Source of the DNA: a virus
Length of the DNA: 64,000 nt
Virus record (IMG/VR): IMGVR_UViG_3300034284_001491
Span: 1 to 64,000 of that record
Direction: 5' to 3' (one strand)
In this document: piece by piece, positions 28,207 to 37,608 of the stretch
Layout: each line of letters begins with the position of its first letter
Numbering within the stretch: the stretch's first letter is position 1
Position numbers and translations under genes: made by a program
Notes under the pieces: model-generated
What the model was told of the DNA's origin: nothing
What the model saw: only the letters and a program-made list of their open reading frames with translations
Database searches by the model: none

Positions 28207-28460
28207 TGGATAAGAAAACAATAAATATCTATACAAAATTTGCTTCTGAAGTATATAAATACTTTTTAAGTAGGCGATATGGTATTGGTAGATGTTGTGA
28301 TGATGAACTAGATAGATACTACACTAAAAAAGAAAATTGCGATCTGGCAAGTAAAATATTACCAGATTATTGTCAGGAAGAAGTGGTTCCTCCTACACCA
28401 CCAGTTTGTAATGATAATGATTTTAATGATTTAGATTTTAATCCACAAGATTTTTTATAA
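28206..28460 (+). CDS. Small hypothetical protein with a DFN-repeat tail
   Basis: TAATG coupling; ends NDNDFNDLDFNPQDFL. Confidence 0.65.
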   Translation: MDKKTINIYTKFASEVYKYFLSRRYGIGRCCDDELDRYYTKKENCDLASKILPDYCQEEVVPPTPPVCNDNDFNDLDFNPQDFL

Positions 28461-29569
28461 TGGCTACACAATCAGAAATACAAGCATTAATAGATGAAAT
28501 TGTAACTAATGCTAACTATAGAGCAAATCAATTAAGACCACTATTAACTTCAATGCTAGATTTTGCATCAGCAGGTCAGACACAAGTTTTTGATGGCCTT
28601 GTTGCTAACAACACAACCTCTGCTACAACATTAATCCTAGACTATGGTGTGAATATAATTGACACATCTAGCGTAACAGATTATGCGGCTAAGTTACCTC
28701 AGCCAGTAACGGGGAAGAGGGTTATTGTTGTCAATAAATCATCATTGCCTATTTCGCTTTTCCCATCTAACGTGGGAGGGCAAATAAATAATTATCCCGT
28801 TGACACACCAGCGATAGTGCCTCCTGATGGTAAAGCTTATGATTTTGTTTGTGTAGAAAACCCTCTGCCTGGGGCATGGGTATGGAGTCCTCCTGCAACT
28901 AATCAATATGATTCAGGTGATATTGCTTTTACAACTACTACAGATTCTTTTACAAGTTATATATGTGCAGCATCGCTATCTGGAACCACATATGCTGAGG
29001 AGCGTACTAGTCTATTTAGTGGAACAGGTTTTGCTTTTAATGGATTAAATAGTCCACAAATAACCCAAACCACTCCAGCTGCAATGCCTAATTCTAATTA
29101 TCAGGCAGTTTTTAAACCAGCTACACCTTGGAATGCGATCACTAAAATAAAAGTTTATAGTAATATTGTTCCTAATTTAGGGGATACACCTACTTTCACC
29201 CTTACTGCTAATTCTCTATATAATAATTATGTAGCAGGAACAACAACTTGGATAAGCGATGGTATTGGGGGTGGAAGTTCTCCGTTTCTTATAAATCCAG
29301 TTTTATTAACAAATGTAATAGCTTATACTGGTCCAGCTCCTTCTCCCGGTATTACCACAAATATTGGTGATCCAGGTACAGTTTGGGGTGAATTAGTTCT
29401 AACTCCAAGTATGTTTTATTACGGAACAACTCCTCTTTCATTTGTTGGAGATCAGTTTATTTCAACAGATGGTGTTGAAGATATTTGGTTTACAAGATAT
29501 ATATCTGGGTTTTTTAAACATCGAGTTATAGGAAATGTTAAATTCCGTTTCTTCATAGAATATTATTAA
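28460..29569 (+). CDS. Putative fibre/decoration protein
   Basis: LPQPVTGKRVIVVNKS..I.LFP beta module; T/S/G-rich. Confidence 0.55.
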   Translation: MATQSEIQALIDEIVTNANYRANQLRPLLTSMLDFASAGQTQVFDGLVANNTTSATTLILDYGVNIIDTSSVTDYAAKLPQPVTGKRVIVVNKSSLPISLFPSNVGGQINNYPVDTPAIVPPDGKAYDFVCVENPLPGAWVWSPPATNQYDSGDIAFTTTTDSFTSYICAASLSGTTYAEERTSLFSGTGFAFNGLNSPQITQTTPAAMPNSNYQAVFKPATPWNAITKIKVYSNIVPNLGDTPTFTLTANSLYNNYVAGTTTWISDGIGGGSSPFLINPVLLTNVIAYTGPAPSPGITTNIGDPGTVWGELVLTPSMFYYGTTPLSFVGDQFISTDGVEDIWFTRYISGFFKHRVIGNVKFRFFIEYY

Positions 29570-29609
29570 TAGATTAAAAGTTTTTGTATATTATAATATA
29601 TATTATAGC

Positions 29610-31145
29610 ATGTTACCAACTAAATCAAATCATACTAAAGATGGATGTGTTACAACTTCATCTAACTGTGTAATCTGGCAAGGTCCAGATCTTACATGTA
29701 TTAATTTATGTAAAGGTGATACCGTAAGCGATGTAGTTGCAAAACTTGCCACTGAACTTTGTGAAATATTAGATTATGTAAATATTAGTGCATATGATTT
29801 ATCTTGTTTAGATTTATCAGTACAACCAGTAAGTTTTGATCAATTAATTCAGGTAATTATTACAAGATTATGTAATGCTGAAACTGCTATTGATAATATT
29901 GGTAGTGGAGGTTCTGGTGGAGGTGGAGGATCATCAGTTTGTCCTGATGATTGTTTAATTAATTTACCTTCATGTTTACAATATATAAATGATTCCACTG
30001 GTAGTTTAGTAATTACTACATCATTAACAGACTTTGTTCAGAAATTAGGTGTTAAAATATGTGAATTACAAAATACAGTTGGAATTCAAACTGATACTAT
30101 AGAACAGATTGCTGGTGATTTAGAATCATTAGAAACTACAGTAACTATTATACAAAATTCAATTGGTAATTTACCAAATGTTAATATTAATTGTATTACT
30201 GGAACTACAGCCACTCAATTAGATGATGCAGTAGAATTAATTGCTACTACACTTTGTGAATTAGAAACTACTGTTGAAAATTTAGGTGGTGATGATGTTA
30301 CACAAGCATTGTTAAATCAATGTCCAGGTTTAAATACATCTAATGTATTAGTGGGATCTGGTACAATGCAGCAAATAGACGGGTGGATAACTAATCCAAC
30401 TACTGTTGCAGAAAGTTTATCAAACTTATGGTTAACAGTTTGTGATATTAGAACTGCTGTTGGAAATATACTTACAAATTGTTGTTCATCTATTTGTAAT
30501 GGGTTATCAATTCAACTAGAGATATCATATAATTCTATATCTAATTTAGTATCTCTATCATTTACAGGTAATATTCCATCAGGATTAACCGCAAACCCAT
30601 TAAATACAGTATTAACAGTCTCACAATCTGGTTTTGGTGGACAAACTTTATCAATACCTATTCAGAATATTATTAATGGTGCTGCATATACATTTACACC
30701 TTCTAATTCTTTAAATGTTTTAGCACCATTTAGTATTTCAGGAACATTTTATGCAGACTCTACAGAAACTAGTTGTTCAACTTCAGTAGTTAGTATTTAT
30801 ACTCCAAGTGCAGAATGTCCAGTACTTACTCTATCATCTGATTCAAGTACAGTTGATTATTCATTTACTTCAATATCTACAATAACAAATTATCAAGTTC
30901 AACTCTGGAACTCCACTCAAACTACATTAATTAGTGCAACTTCACATAGTGGAACTTCAGGACCAATTACTGGAACATTTAGTTTATTAAATTCTGGTAC
31001 TACATATAAAGTAAGAATTGGATATGATCTTTCAGGTGGATCTAATTATACTTACTGTCCATATACTCAAATTTCAACTACAGTGTTAGCTTGTATTCCT
31101 GCTAATTCTGCAACTGCAACATTTAATATAATATTTGGAGGATAA
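29610..31145 (+). CDS. Cys-rich coiled-coil fibre protein with C-terminal FN3-like domain
   Basis: [19 protein letters not shown] repeats, coiled coil, [13 protein letters not shown]3 motif. Confidence 0.6.
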   Translation: MLPTKSNHTKDGCVTTSSNCVIWQGPDLTCINLCKGDTVSDVVAKLATELCEILDYVNISAYDLSCLDLSVQPVSFDQLIQVIITRLCNAETAIDNIGSGGSGGGGGSSVCPDDCLINLPSCLQYINDSTGSLVITTSLTDFVQKLGVKICELQNTVGIQTDTIEQIAGDLESLETTVTIIQNSIGNLPNVNINCITGTTATQLDDAVELIATTLCELETTVENLGGDDVTQALLNQCPGLNTSNVLVGSGTMQQIDGWITNPTTVAESLSNLWLTVCDIRTAVGNILTNCCSSICNGLSIQLEISYNSISNLVSLSFTGNIPSGLTANPLNTVLTVSQSGFGGQTLSIPIQNIINGAAYTFTPSNSLNVLAPFSISGTFYADSTETSCSTSVVSIYTPSAECPVLTLSSDSSTVDYSFTSISTITNYQVQLWNSTQTTLISATSHSGTSGPITGTFSLLNSGTTYKVRIGYDLSGGSNYTYCPYTQISTTVLACIPANSATATFNIIFGG

Positions 31146-31153
31146 AATTAACA

Positions 31154-32674
31154 ATGAGCACAAATACTTGTAATCACGATCAACCATGTGGTTGTAATAA
31201 CGATGAACTAACAACATTACCAGATCCATGTGATACTACAGATTGTTCAGGTGAAGAATGTGAACAAATAATTAATTGTAATTGTGTTAGATATGATGGT
31301 GCACCTATCCCTCAAATTGGTGCTGAACCAGGAGATTCACTCTGTGACATAATTGTTGGATTAGTTAATTTAGGAGGAGTACCTGGAGAAAGAGGAGATG
31401 ATGGTGAGGTGGGTCCTCAAGGCCCTATAGGACCTGCCGGACCTCAAGGACCTATTGGACCAACTGGTCCACAGGGACCAATTGGCTTAACTGGATCGCA
31501 GGGTCCACAAGGTGAACAAGGAGAACAGGGAGAACAGGGTGTTAGAGGTAGAGCTGGTTTAGCTGGCTATTTACCTCAAGTTGATACTGGTTGGGTAGAT
31601 TTGTTAGGATTTGATTTTTTAGGAACAACCTATGGTTGGAAATCTGGTATGCCAAAACCACAAGTTAGAAGAATTGGAAGAACATTATATTTTAATGGAA
31701 ATGTTTGGATTCCATTAGCTACAGATTCTACAGGTAATACAATAGCAACTCCAGATAATAATGGAAATATTAATACAGTAAATTCTGAAGGTTATTTATA
31801 TAATAAATCAGGAAGAACATATGAAGGAACTACTCCTGCTGGTTGTACAGTTACATCAGATGGATTAATTAAACTCAATAACGGAAATACAGCAATACCT
31901 AGTAGTGTATTAAATGGTGCAACACTTGATAATGCATATACTACAAAAATAATTGGAAGAAGAAGAATTGGGTTATGGAATCTTGCTCTTACTACTAAAT
32001 CAACAAGTGAAAATGCGATATTAAATACATATTTTAATGTAGTATTATCAAATACTGGAGTTTTACAGGTAATCACTGAAAGAGATGTTGAAAGTTTAAC
32101 TACACTTCCAACTGAAAGTGGAAGTAATTCACTAAGATTTATTTGTTCAAGTATCATAGCTGGACAACGAGCATATGAATATAATAAAGGAAGTGTAACT
32201 TTAAATAGTAGTAATAGTGGTTCTATTTCTGACGTACCTCTTCCTGGTTTTGAATTATCTTCAGGTGCATACGGTTTTACTTCCGATTCAACTAATCCAG
32301 ATGATGTAGGAGGATTTTATTTTCCTCTTAATGGACTAGTTGCACAATTAAGTCCTGTTGGAACCGCAACTATTTCAACTACTCCTTCACTTGTATCAAA
32401 AACAGATACTACAATAACTATGAATTGTGGAAATATTACAACATTAGCTAATGGAACTGCATTTTATAAAGGTTTATGTTGGGCAGAAGGAACAATAATT
32501 ACTCCTACAGTTAATGAGGATTATATATTATCTACAGCAACAGGATTTTCTATTGGCAATTTGACTGCAAATGGTCTTAAAGCAAATACATCATATAGAT
32601 TTAAAGCATTTGTAGTTACAGAATCTGGAGTTCATTATTCAGGAATATCAATAACAATAACAACCAATCCATAA
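31154..32674 (+). CDS. Collagen-repeat fibre protein with C-terminal FN3-like domain
   Basis: About 20 Gly-X-Y triplets ([16 protein letters not shown]...); [15 protein letters not shown]3 motif. Confidence 0.75.
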   Translation: MSTNTCNHDQPCGCNNDELTTLPDPCDTTDCSGEECEQIINCNCVRYDGAPIPQIGAEPGDSLCDIIVGLVNLGGVPGERGDDGEVGPQGPIGPAGPQGPIGPTGPQGPIGLTGSQGPQGEQGEQGEQGVRGRAGLAGYLPQVDTGWVDLLGFDFLGTTYGWKSGMPKPQVRRIGRTLYFNGNVWIPLATDSTGNTIATPDNNGNINTVNSEGYLYNKSGRTYEGTTPAGCTVTSDGLIKLNNGNTAIPSSVLNGATLDNAYTTKIIGRRRIGLWNLALTTKSTSENAILNTYFNVVLSNTGVLQVITERDVESLTTLPTESGSNSLRFICSSIIAGQRAYEYNKGSVTLNSSNSGSISDVPLPGFELSSGAYGFTSDSTNPDDVGGFYFPLNGLVAQLSPVGTATISTTPSLVSKTDTTITMNCGNITTLANGTAFYKGLCWAEGTIITPTVNEDYILSTATGFSIGNLTANGLKANTSYRFKAFVVTESGVHYSGISITITTNP

Positions 32675-32684
32675 ATTTTAAATT

Positions 32685-33800
32685 ATGATTATAGATATTG
32701 ACGTAAGTTGGACATTTGCAACACCACCTGCAACTACACCATATAGTGTAGATATATATTATAGAAAAGTGGGTACTACAACATATAATACACAAACTAT
32801 TACAAATGGTGAAAGTGGTTCTGCAACAATAAATGTTTGGAATAGTACAGAAGATACTATATCAGATAGATCTGAACCATGTTCATGGGAATATGAAGGA
32901 TATGTTGTCCCAACATGTGCAGCAAATGCTGTAGAACAAAGATTTTCATTTACTACAGATGCTCCACTTGATTTAACAGATTATATGCAATGTAGAGGAA
33001 TTCAAGCTGAATGTACTGCAGGTGGTATTATTGCAATTATTCCTGATAGAACTGTTCTATTTGGTACTGATTTATCTATTACCCCTACTATTGATTTAGG
33101 TTCATTTACAGGTTCTGGAAATTCTTCACTCTTACCTGGAATTCAAGTAACCTTTATAAATCCTTCTAACCCAATGTCTGGAATAGATTATATTCTATTA
33201 ACAGGTGTTGATTTTTCTGCTGGATTTGATTCTACAACTTCTTTTGATATTACTGGATTTGAAGATGATAAACTTACTCCAGTAACAATGACACCAACTA
33301 TTGTTACTGCATGCGGATCTCTTGATCCTCTTAATAGTATGTGTTATAGTGGAACTCCTACATATATACCTTTTGCAACCACTGATAATGGTGTAATTAA
33401 TACATGTACAAATAATGAAACTATAACAGATTATAATTCAGTATTTGATAATACATTAGAAGCATCTATTGGTACAGTAAATATTACAGAAGATTATACA
33501 TGTTGTCAGGCTTCAGAATGTAAAGTATATTATATACAAAATGTTGGAGTAGCATCAATGCCCTATATAACTAGTGTTAATCTAGGATATATAAGTGCGG
33601 TAACTGGAGAAGTTACTTATACCCCTAATATAAATGTTGGAAATAGTATAACCGTATTTGCTATTGAAGGCACAATTAAACCATATGCTACTGATATTTC
33701 AGCATTACCACCAATTCTTGGTGAAAATGTATTATACTCAATGGGAGCATTTTATATTTTAGGAGGTATTAATATTGTAGAAGCAGGATCTTGTGGATAA
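32685..33800 (+). CDS. Putative structural protein, T/Cys-rich
   Basis: ORF track; beta-rich acidic sequence in the structural block. Confidence 0.55.
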   Translation: MIIDIDVSWTFATPPATTPYSVDIYYRKVGTTTYNTQTITNGESGSATINVWNSTEDTISDRSEPCSWEYEGYVVPTCAANAVEQRFSFTTDAPLDLTDYMQCRGIQAECTAGGIIAIIPDRTVLFGTDLSITPTIDLGSFTGSGNSSLLPGIQVTFINPSNPMSGIDYILLTGVDFSAGFDSTTSFDITGFEDDKLTPVTMTPTIVTACGSLDPLNSMCYSGTPTYIPFATTDNGVINTCTNNETITDYNSVFDNTLEASIGTVNITEDYTCCQASECKVYYIQNVGVASMPYITSVNLGYISAVTGEVTYTPNINVGNSITVFAIEGTIKPYATDISALPPILGENVLYSMGAFYILGGINIVEAGSCG

Positions 33801-33816
33801 TAAATATATATATATA

Positions 33817-33877
33817 TGTTACGTTTTGTTGGTTTTTCGTAACAAAGAATCCCCGGTTTTCCGGGGTTTTCTTTTTT
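33817..33877 (+). ncRNA. Candidate small two-hairpin RNA
   Basis: Perfect 7-bp stem TGTTACG/CGTAACA with a 14-nt U-rich loop, then a terminator hairpin; preceded by a TA run. Confidence 0.25.
33845..33877 (+). terminator. Rho-independent terminator
   Basis: CCCCGG-TTTT-CCGGGG followed by TTTTCTTTTTT. Confidence 0.85.
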
Positions 33878-33888
33878 AATAAAAATCC

Positions 33889-33896
33889 TATATTTG
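33889..33896 (+). promoter_or_regulatory. Bacteroidota -7 element TATATTTG
   Basis: TAnnTTTG between the terminator and ATG 33916. Confidence 0.45.
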
Positions 33897-33915
33897 TTTA
33901 ACCAAATATTTAAAA

Positions 33916-35094
33916 ATGAAAAATTTAGAACAAAATCTTTTAAAAATGATGAGATGGAAGAAATCAAATGCTTACATCGCTAAAAAATTAAATGTCACTG
34001 AATCTGAATTAAAAAAAATTATGAGTGACTTTAAACTTAAAAGAAAAACATCTGAAGGAGTTATTGAATCTAAAGTTGATCTAGATAAAAATCAAACAGA
34101 ATTAAAAGGTATATCATATGATGAACCTAAAACTCCAGAAGAAATAATAAAATTATTAAAGATAGATACATCAAAGTGGAAACTATCTTCTTATTGGAAT
34201 AAACAACAATCTGATCATTGGGTAATATCTGCTCTAGTTACACAGAAGACACTTAGTAAAGAAGAAATCTTAACTGAGTGTCTTTCTAGTTTTAATCCAG
34301 AATATACTCCATTAAAAAAATCAGATATTCATATAAATGATTCTAAGGAAGAAGTGTGTGCAGTAATATCATTACAAGATTTACATTTTGGAAAAACTGG
34401 TAATGAAGATGTTAAACATAGAATAAAATCTGTACTTAATAATTTATGTTCAACTCTCTACACTAATTATAAAGTAGATAAGATAATATATGTATTAGGA
34501 GGAGATCTATTAAATACAGATACATTTAATGGAACTACAACTTCAGGAACTGTTGTTGATTCATCTTATACAGCAGTTAAGATGTATGAAGAAGCATTTA
34601 ATACAATGTATTTTACTATACATACTTTAAAACAATTCTGTGATATTCTCCATGTGGTATATATACCAGGTAATCATGATAGACTTAGTTCATTTCATTT
34701 AGCTCATGCATTAGAGAATTCTATTAGAGATGAAAAGATAGATTGGGATTGTCAATATTCAGAAAGAAAAGTGGCAACATATGGTATTAATATGTTTGGT
34801 GTAGAGCATGGTGATGTAAAAATAAATCCATTGATATATGCTACAGAGTTTCCAGAAATATGGGGTCTCACTAAAAATAGAGTGATATATACAGGACACT
34901 ATCATATTAAGAAGACAACAACATATATTACAGAAAACGAAATACATGGTGTTAGTGTAAAAGTAATTCCATCATTATCTAATGTAGATTATTGGCATTA
35001 TCACAATAAATATACAGGTGCTAAGAAAACAGCAGTGATGGATATTTATAGTGCTACAGAAGGAAAGATTGCAGAATACACAGTTTCATTTTAA
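33916..35094 (+). CDS. Calcineurin-like metallophosphoesterase with N-terminal HTH-like segment
   Basis: DLHFG, GGDL, GNHD, HGD and GHYH metal-binding motifs. Confidence 0.88.
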   Translation: MKNLEQNLLKMMRWKKSNAYIAKKLNVTESELKKIMSDFKLKRKTSEGVIESKVDLDKNQTELKGISYDEPKTPEEIIKLLKIDTSKWKLSSYWNKQQSDHWVISALVTQKTLSKEEILTECLSSFNPEYTPLKKSDIHINDSKEEVCAVISLQDLHFGKTGNEDVKHRIKSVLNNLCSTLYTNYKVDKIIYVLGGDLLNTDTFNGTTTSGTVVDSSYTAVKMYEEAFNTMYFTIHTLKQFCDILHVVYIPGNHDRLSSFHLAHALENSIRDEKIDWDCQYSERKVATYGINMFGVEHGDVKINPLIYATEFPEIWGLTKNRVIYTGHYHIKKTTTYITENEIHGVSVKVIPSLSNVDYWHYHNKYTGAKKTAVMDIYSATEGKIAEYTVSF

Positions 35095-35122
35095 AATATC
35101 CCTGTTTTTTAGTACATTATAT

Positions 35123-35704
35123 ATGAGATATTATAGCAAACCGGATCTTAATGCTCCTAGATATAGACATAAAAGATATAACATAATCAATGATGATTTT
35201 TTTAAAAGATTATATGAAAAATATCCTAGAGCAAAAAAATATAAAACAAAAGAAATAAGAAAAATTATAGGAGATTTAAATGAAAAGATGTGGAACCTAG
35301 TAATAGATATAAGAGATGGTGTAGAACTACCGAATAATCTCGGATGGATATTTATTGGTTCATGTCAAAGACCTACTAAGTATAATAAAGACTTTAACAA
35401 ATCAAACTCCTATAATGCAGATATAAGACATAGAAATTATGAAAGTGATGAAAAACTAGCTAAAATATTTTACAGCAATTATGCTAAAAAATATCTATTT
35501 AAAAATAGAGATCTATGGGCTTTTACAGCTCATAGAAATTTTTCTAGAACTACATCAAAGAAATTTAAAGATAACTGGAATAGATACATACAAATAGATA
35601 AAACAAAACATATTACTGCAATAATGAAAAAAGAAAAATATAAAGAGTTAATTGCTAAGAGTAGTATTATTCCTGATGATTATAATGAATTTAAACTAGA
35701 TTAA
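35123..35704 (+). CDS. Basic HU/IHF-related protein of the crAss-like tail block
   Basis: IIGDLNEKMWNLV...GVELPNNLGWIFI resembles extended IHF-like proteins; ATG at 35123 preferred. Confidence 0.5.
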   Translation: MRYYSKPDLNAPRYRHKRYNIINDDFFKRLYEKYPRAKKYKTKEIRKIIGDLNEKMWNLVIDIRDGVELPNNLGWIFIGSCQRPTKYNKDFNKSNSYNADIRHRNYESDEKLAKIFYSNYAKKYLFKNRDLWAFTAHRNFSRTTSKKFKDNWNRYIQIDKTKHITAIMKKEKYKELIAKSSIIPDDYNEFKLD

Positions 35705-35705
35705 A

Positions 35706-36380
35706 ATGACAACAATAGGTGATATTGTATCTAGACTAAGAGGTGTATTTAAAGCTAACACTGAAGATGCTTTTATAACAGATCGTTTATTCTACAGTGT
35801 TGTTTTAAAATATGCCCATCTATATATAAAAAGAGATAAGCAAATAGATAAACTATTAGCTTTTAGCTCAATGGTTCAAACTATTCCTTGTTTAGAATTA
35901 ATTGAAGTGGATAAAGTAAGTGATAGATGTTGTGCTGGAATTAAAAGTAATTGTAGAATAATGAGGAGTAAAGAAAAAATTCCAGACATTATTGAATCAA
36001 CAGTGGGGCCTTTATTTAGATCAGTGGCTAGTTTAGATAATTCAGTGGAGTTTACATTTACAACAGCTACAACTTTTACATCTATAAGTAAGACTACAAC
36101 ATTTAAATATAACTCTACAAAGTATTATTGGTATGTAGATGGTTATCTATATTTTCCTAATGTAGATTTTGATTTTGTGAAAGTAGAAGGATTGTTCCAA
36201 AATGATTTAGGATTAATCTCTTGTGATGAAAAAGAAAATTGTCTAATAAAACAAGAGAATACAACATTTATTCCTGAGTATTTATTAGCAGAAATAGAAA
36301 ATTCTGTTATAAAAGAACTCTCAATAAGATTACAAATACCAACAGATCAAGCAGATGACAAACAAAATGTAAATAGATAA
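35706..36380 (+). CDS. Putative tail ring protein
   Basis: KYYWYVDGYLYF..V.VEGLF; position before the tail tubular and muzzle genes. Confidence 0.55.
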   Translation: MTTIGDIVSRLRGVFKANTEDAFITDRLFYSVVLKYAHLYIKRDKQIDKLLAFSSMVQTIPCLELIEVDKVSDRCCAGIKSNCRIMRSKEKIPDIIESTVGPLFRSVASLDNSVEFTFTTATTFTSISKTTTFKYNSTKYYWYVDGYLYFPNVDFDFVKVEGLFQNDLGLISCDEKENCLIKQENTTFIPEYLLAEIENSVIKELSIRLQIPTDQADDKQNVNR

Positions 36381-37249
36381 TGAGCAGCTTATATAATTAT
36401 ACAATTAAGTATAGAACAATTGATGATTTGTTGGAAGACATTAATGTTGATTTAATGAATCCAGCAATGGATAAAACAATTGAACCTCAACAACTTATCA
36501 AAGTTGCCATTAGGGTAAATTATGACTTAGGTTTAAGAATTCAAGAAACAAGAGAAAGAGTGCTTGAGATTGAAAATGGTAAAACTAAGTTACCCACTAA
36601 CTTTTACACTTTGAATTTTGCTGTATTATGTGGATCATATACAGTGACATCTCCAGTTATCCAAGGAACACAAGTGGAAGAAGTGTTAGTAGACCAAGGT
36701 AATTGTGGCACTGATCCAGATTGTTCTGCACCTTATACTTGTGTAAATGATTGTGGAGGTTATGTACAACTAATTCAGAGATTTAAAACTGAAACTAGAA
36801 CTTATAATACAGTGTTTCCATTACATCTTACTTCATCTAAAGAAGTGAGTTGTGATTGCCCTAATACTAAAGTATCCGTTCAAACAAATAGTGGATATAT
36901 TAAAGATGGTTTTTTATATGTAAACTTTGATACAGGTAATGTATATATTAACTATCAAAGTACAATGGAAGATGAAGAAGGTAATCTTCTAGTGGCAGAT
37001 CATCCTATTCTAAATGAATACTATGAATATGCTTTAAAACAAAGAATTATTGAGAATAGAATAATGATGGGAGATCAAACTTCTGTACCTCAATTACAAT
37101 TAGTGGAGCAGAGATTAAGAGCTGCAAGAAATAATGCATTATCATTAGTGAATACTCCAAACTTTGCTGAATTAAAAAAGATTTGGGAAATGAATAGAGG
37201 AGCGATGTATAATAGATATTACGATATGTTTAAATCATATAAACCATGA
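36380..37249 (+). CDS. Putative tail tubular/ring protein
   Basis: KLPTNF, YIKDGFLYVNFDTG.V.I.Y...DEEG..L.D motif; TAATG coupling. Confidence 0.6.
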   Translation: MSSLYNYTIKYRTIDDLLEDINVDLMNPAMDKTIEPQQLIKVAIRVNYDLGLRIQETRERVLEIENGKTKLPTNFYTLNFAVLCGSYTVTSPVIQGTQVEEVLVDQGNCGTDPDCSAPYTCVNDCGGYVQLIQRFKTETRTYNTVFPLHLTSSKEVSCDCPNTKVSVQTNSGYIKDGFLYVNFDTGNVYINYQSTMEDEEGNLLVADHPILNEYYEYALKQRIIENRIMMGDQTSVPQLQLVEQRLRAARNNALSLVNTPNFAELKKIWEMNRGAMYNRYYDMFKSYKP

Positions 37250-37608
37250 GAGTTTCAAAACTATTCAATATAGATATATATTCCTGTAAAGTTCAACTTA
37301 TTGTAACTGATGATGTATATAATGAAGAAAGAGCATTATATGCAAAGAATGGTGAAGATCATGAAGACTATGTTGCTTCAGATGGTATTACATTAAACTT
37401 TGAGAATGATATCTATTATGTAGTTTTTTCCACTAATTCTGTATCACATAACCTTATTGCTCACGAGTTATATCATTTAGTATGTTCTATATGTGATTAT
37501 AGAAATATTGAAGAAGAAGAAAGTAGAGCATGGTTATGCGGATACCTTACAGAAATGTTTTATAAATTCTTAGATAAGAAAAATATCACTATTAAACATG
37601 GCTTCTAA
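37246..37608 (+). CDS. Small zincin-like metallopeptidase (HExxH)
   Basis: LIAHELYHLV followed by EESRAWLCG third-ligand-like helix. Confidence 0.6.
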   Translation: MRVSKLFNIDIYSCKVQLIVTDDVYNEERALYAKNGEDHEDYVASDGITLNFENDIYYVVFSTNSVSHNLIAHELYHLVCSICDYRNIEEEESRAWLCGYLTEMFYKFLDKKNITIKHGF

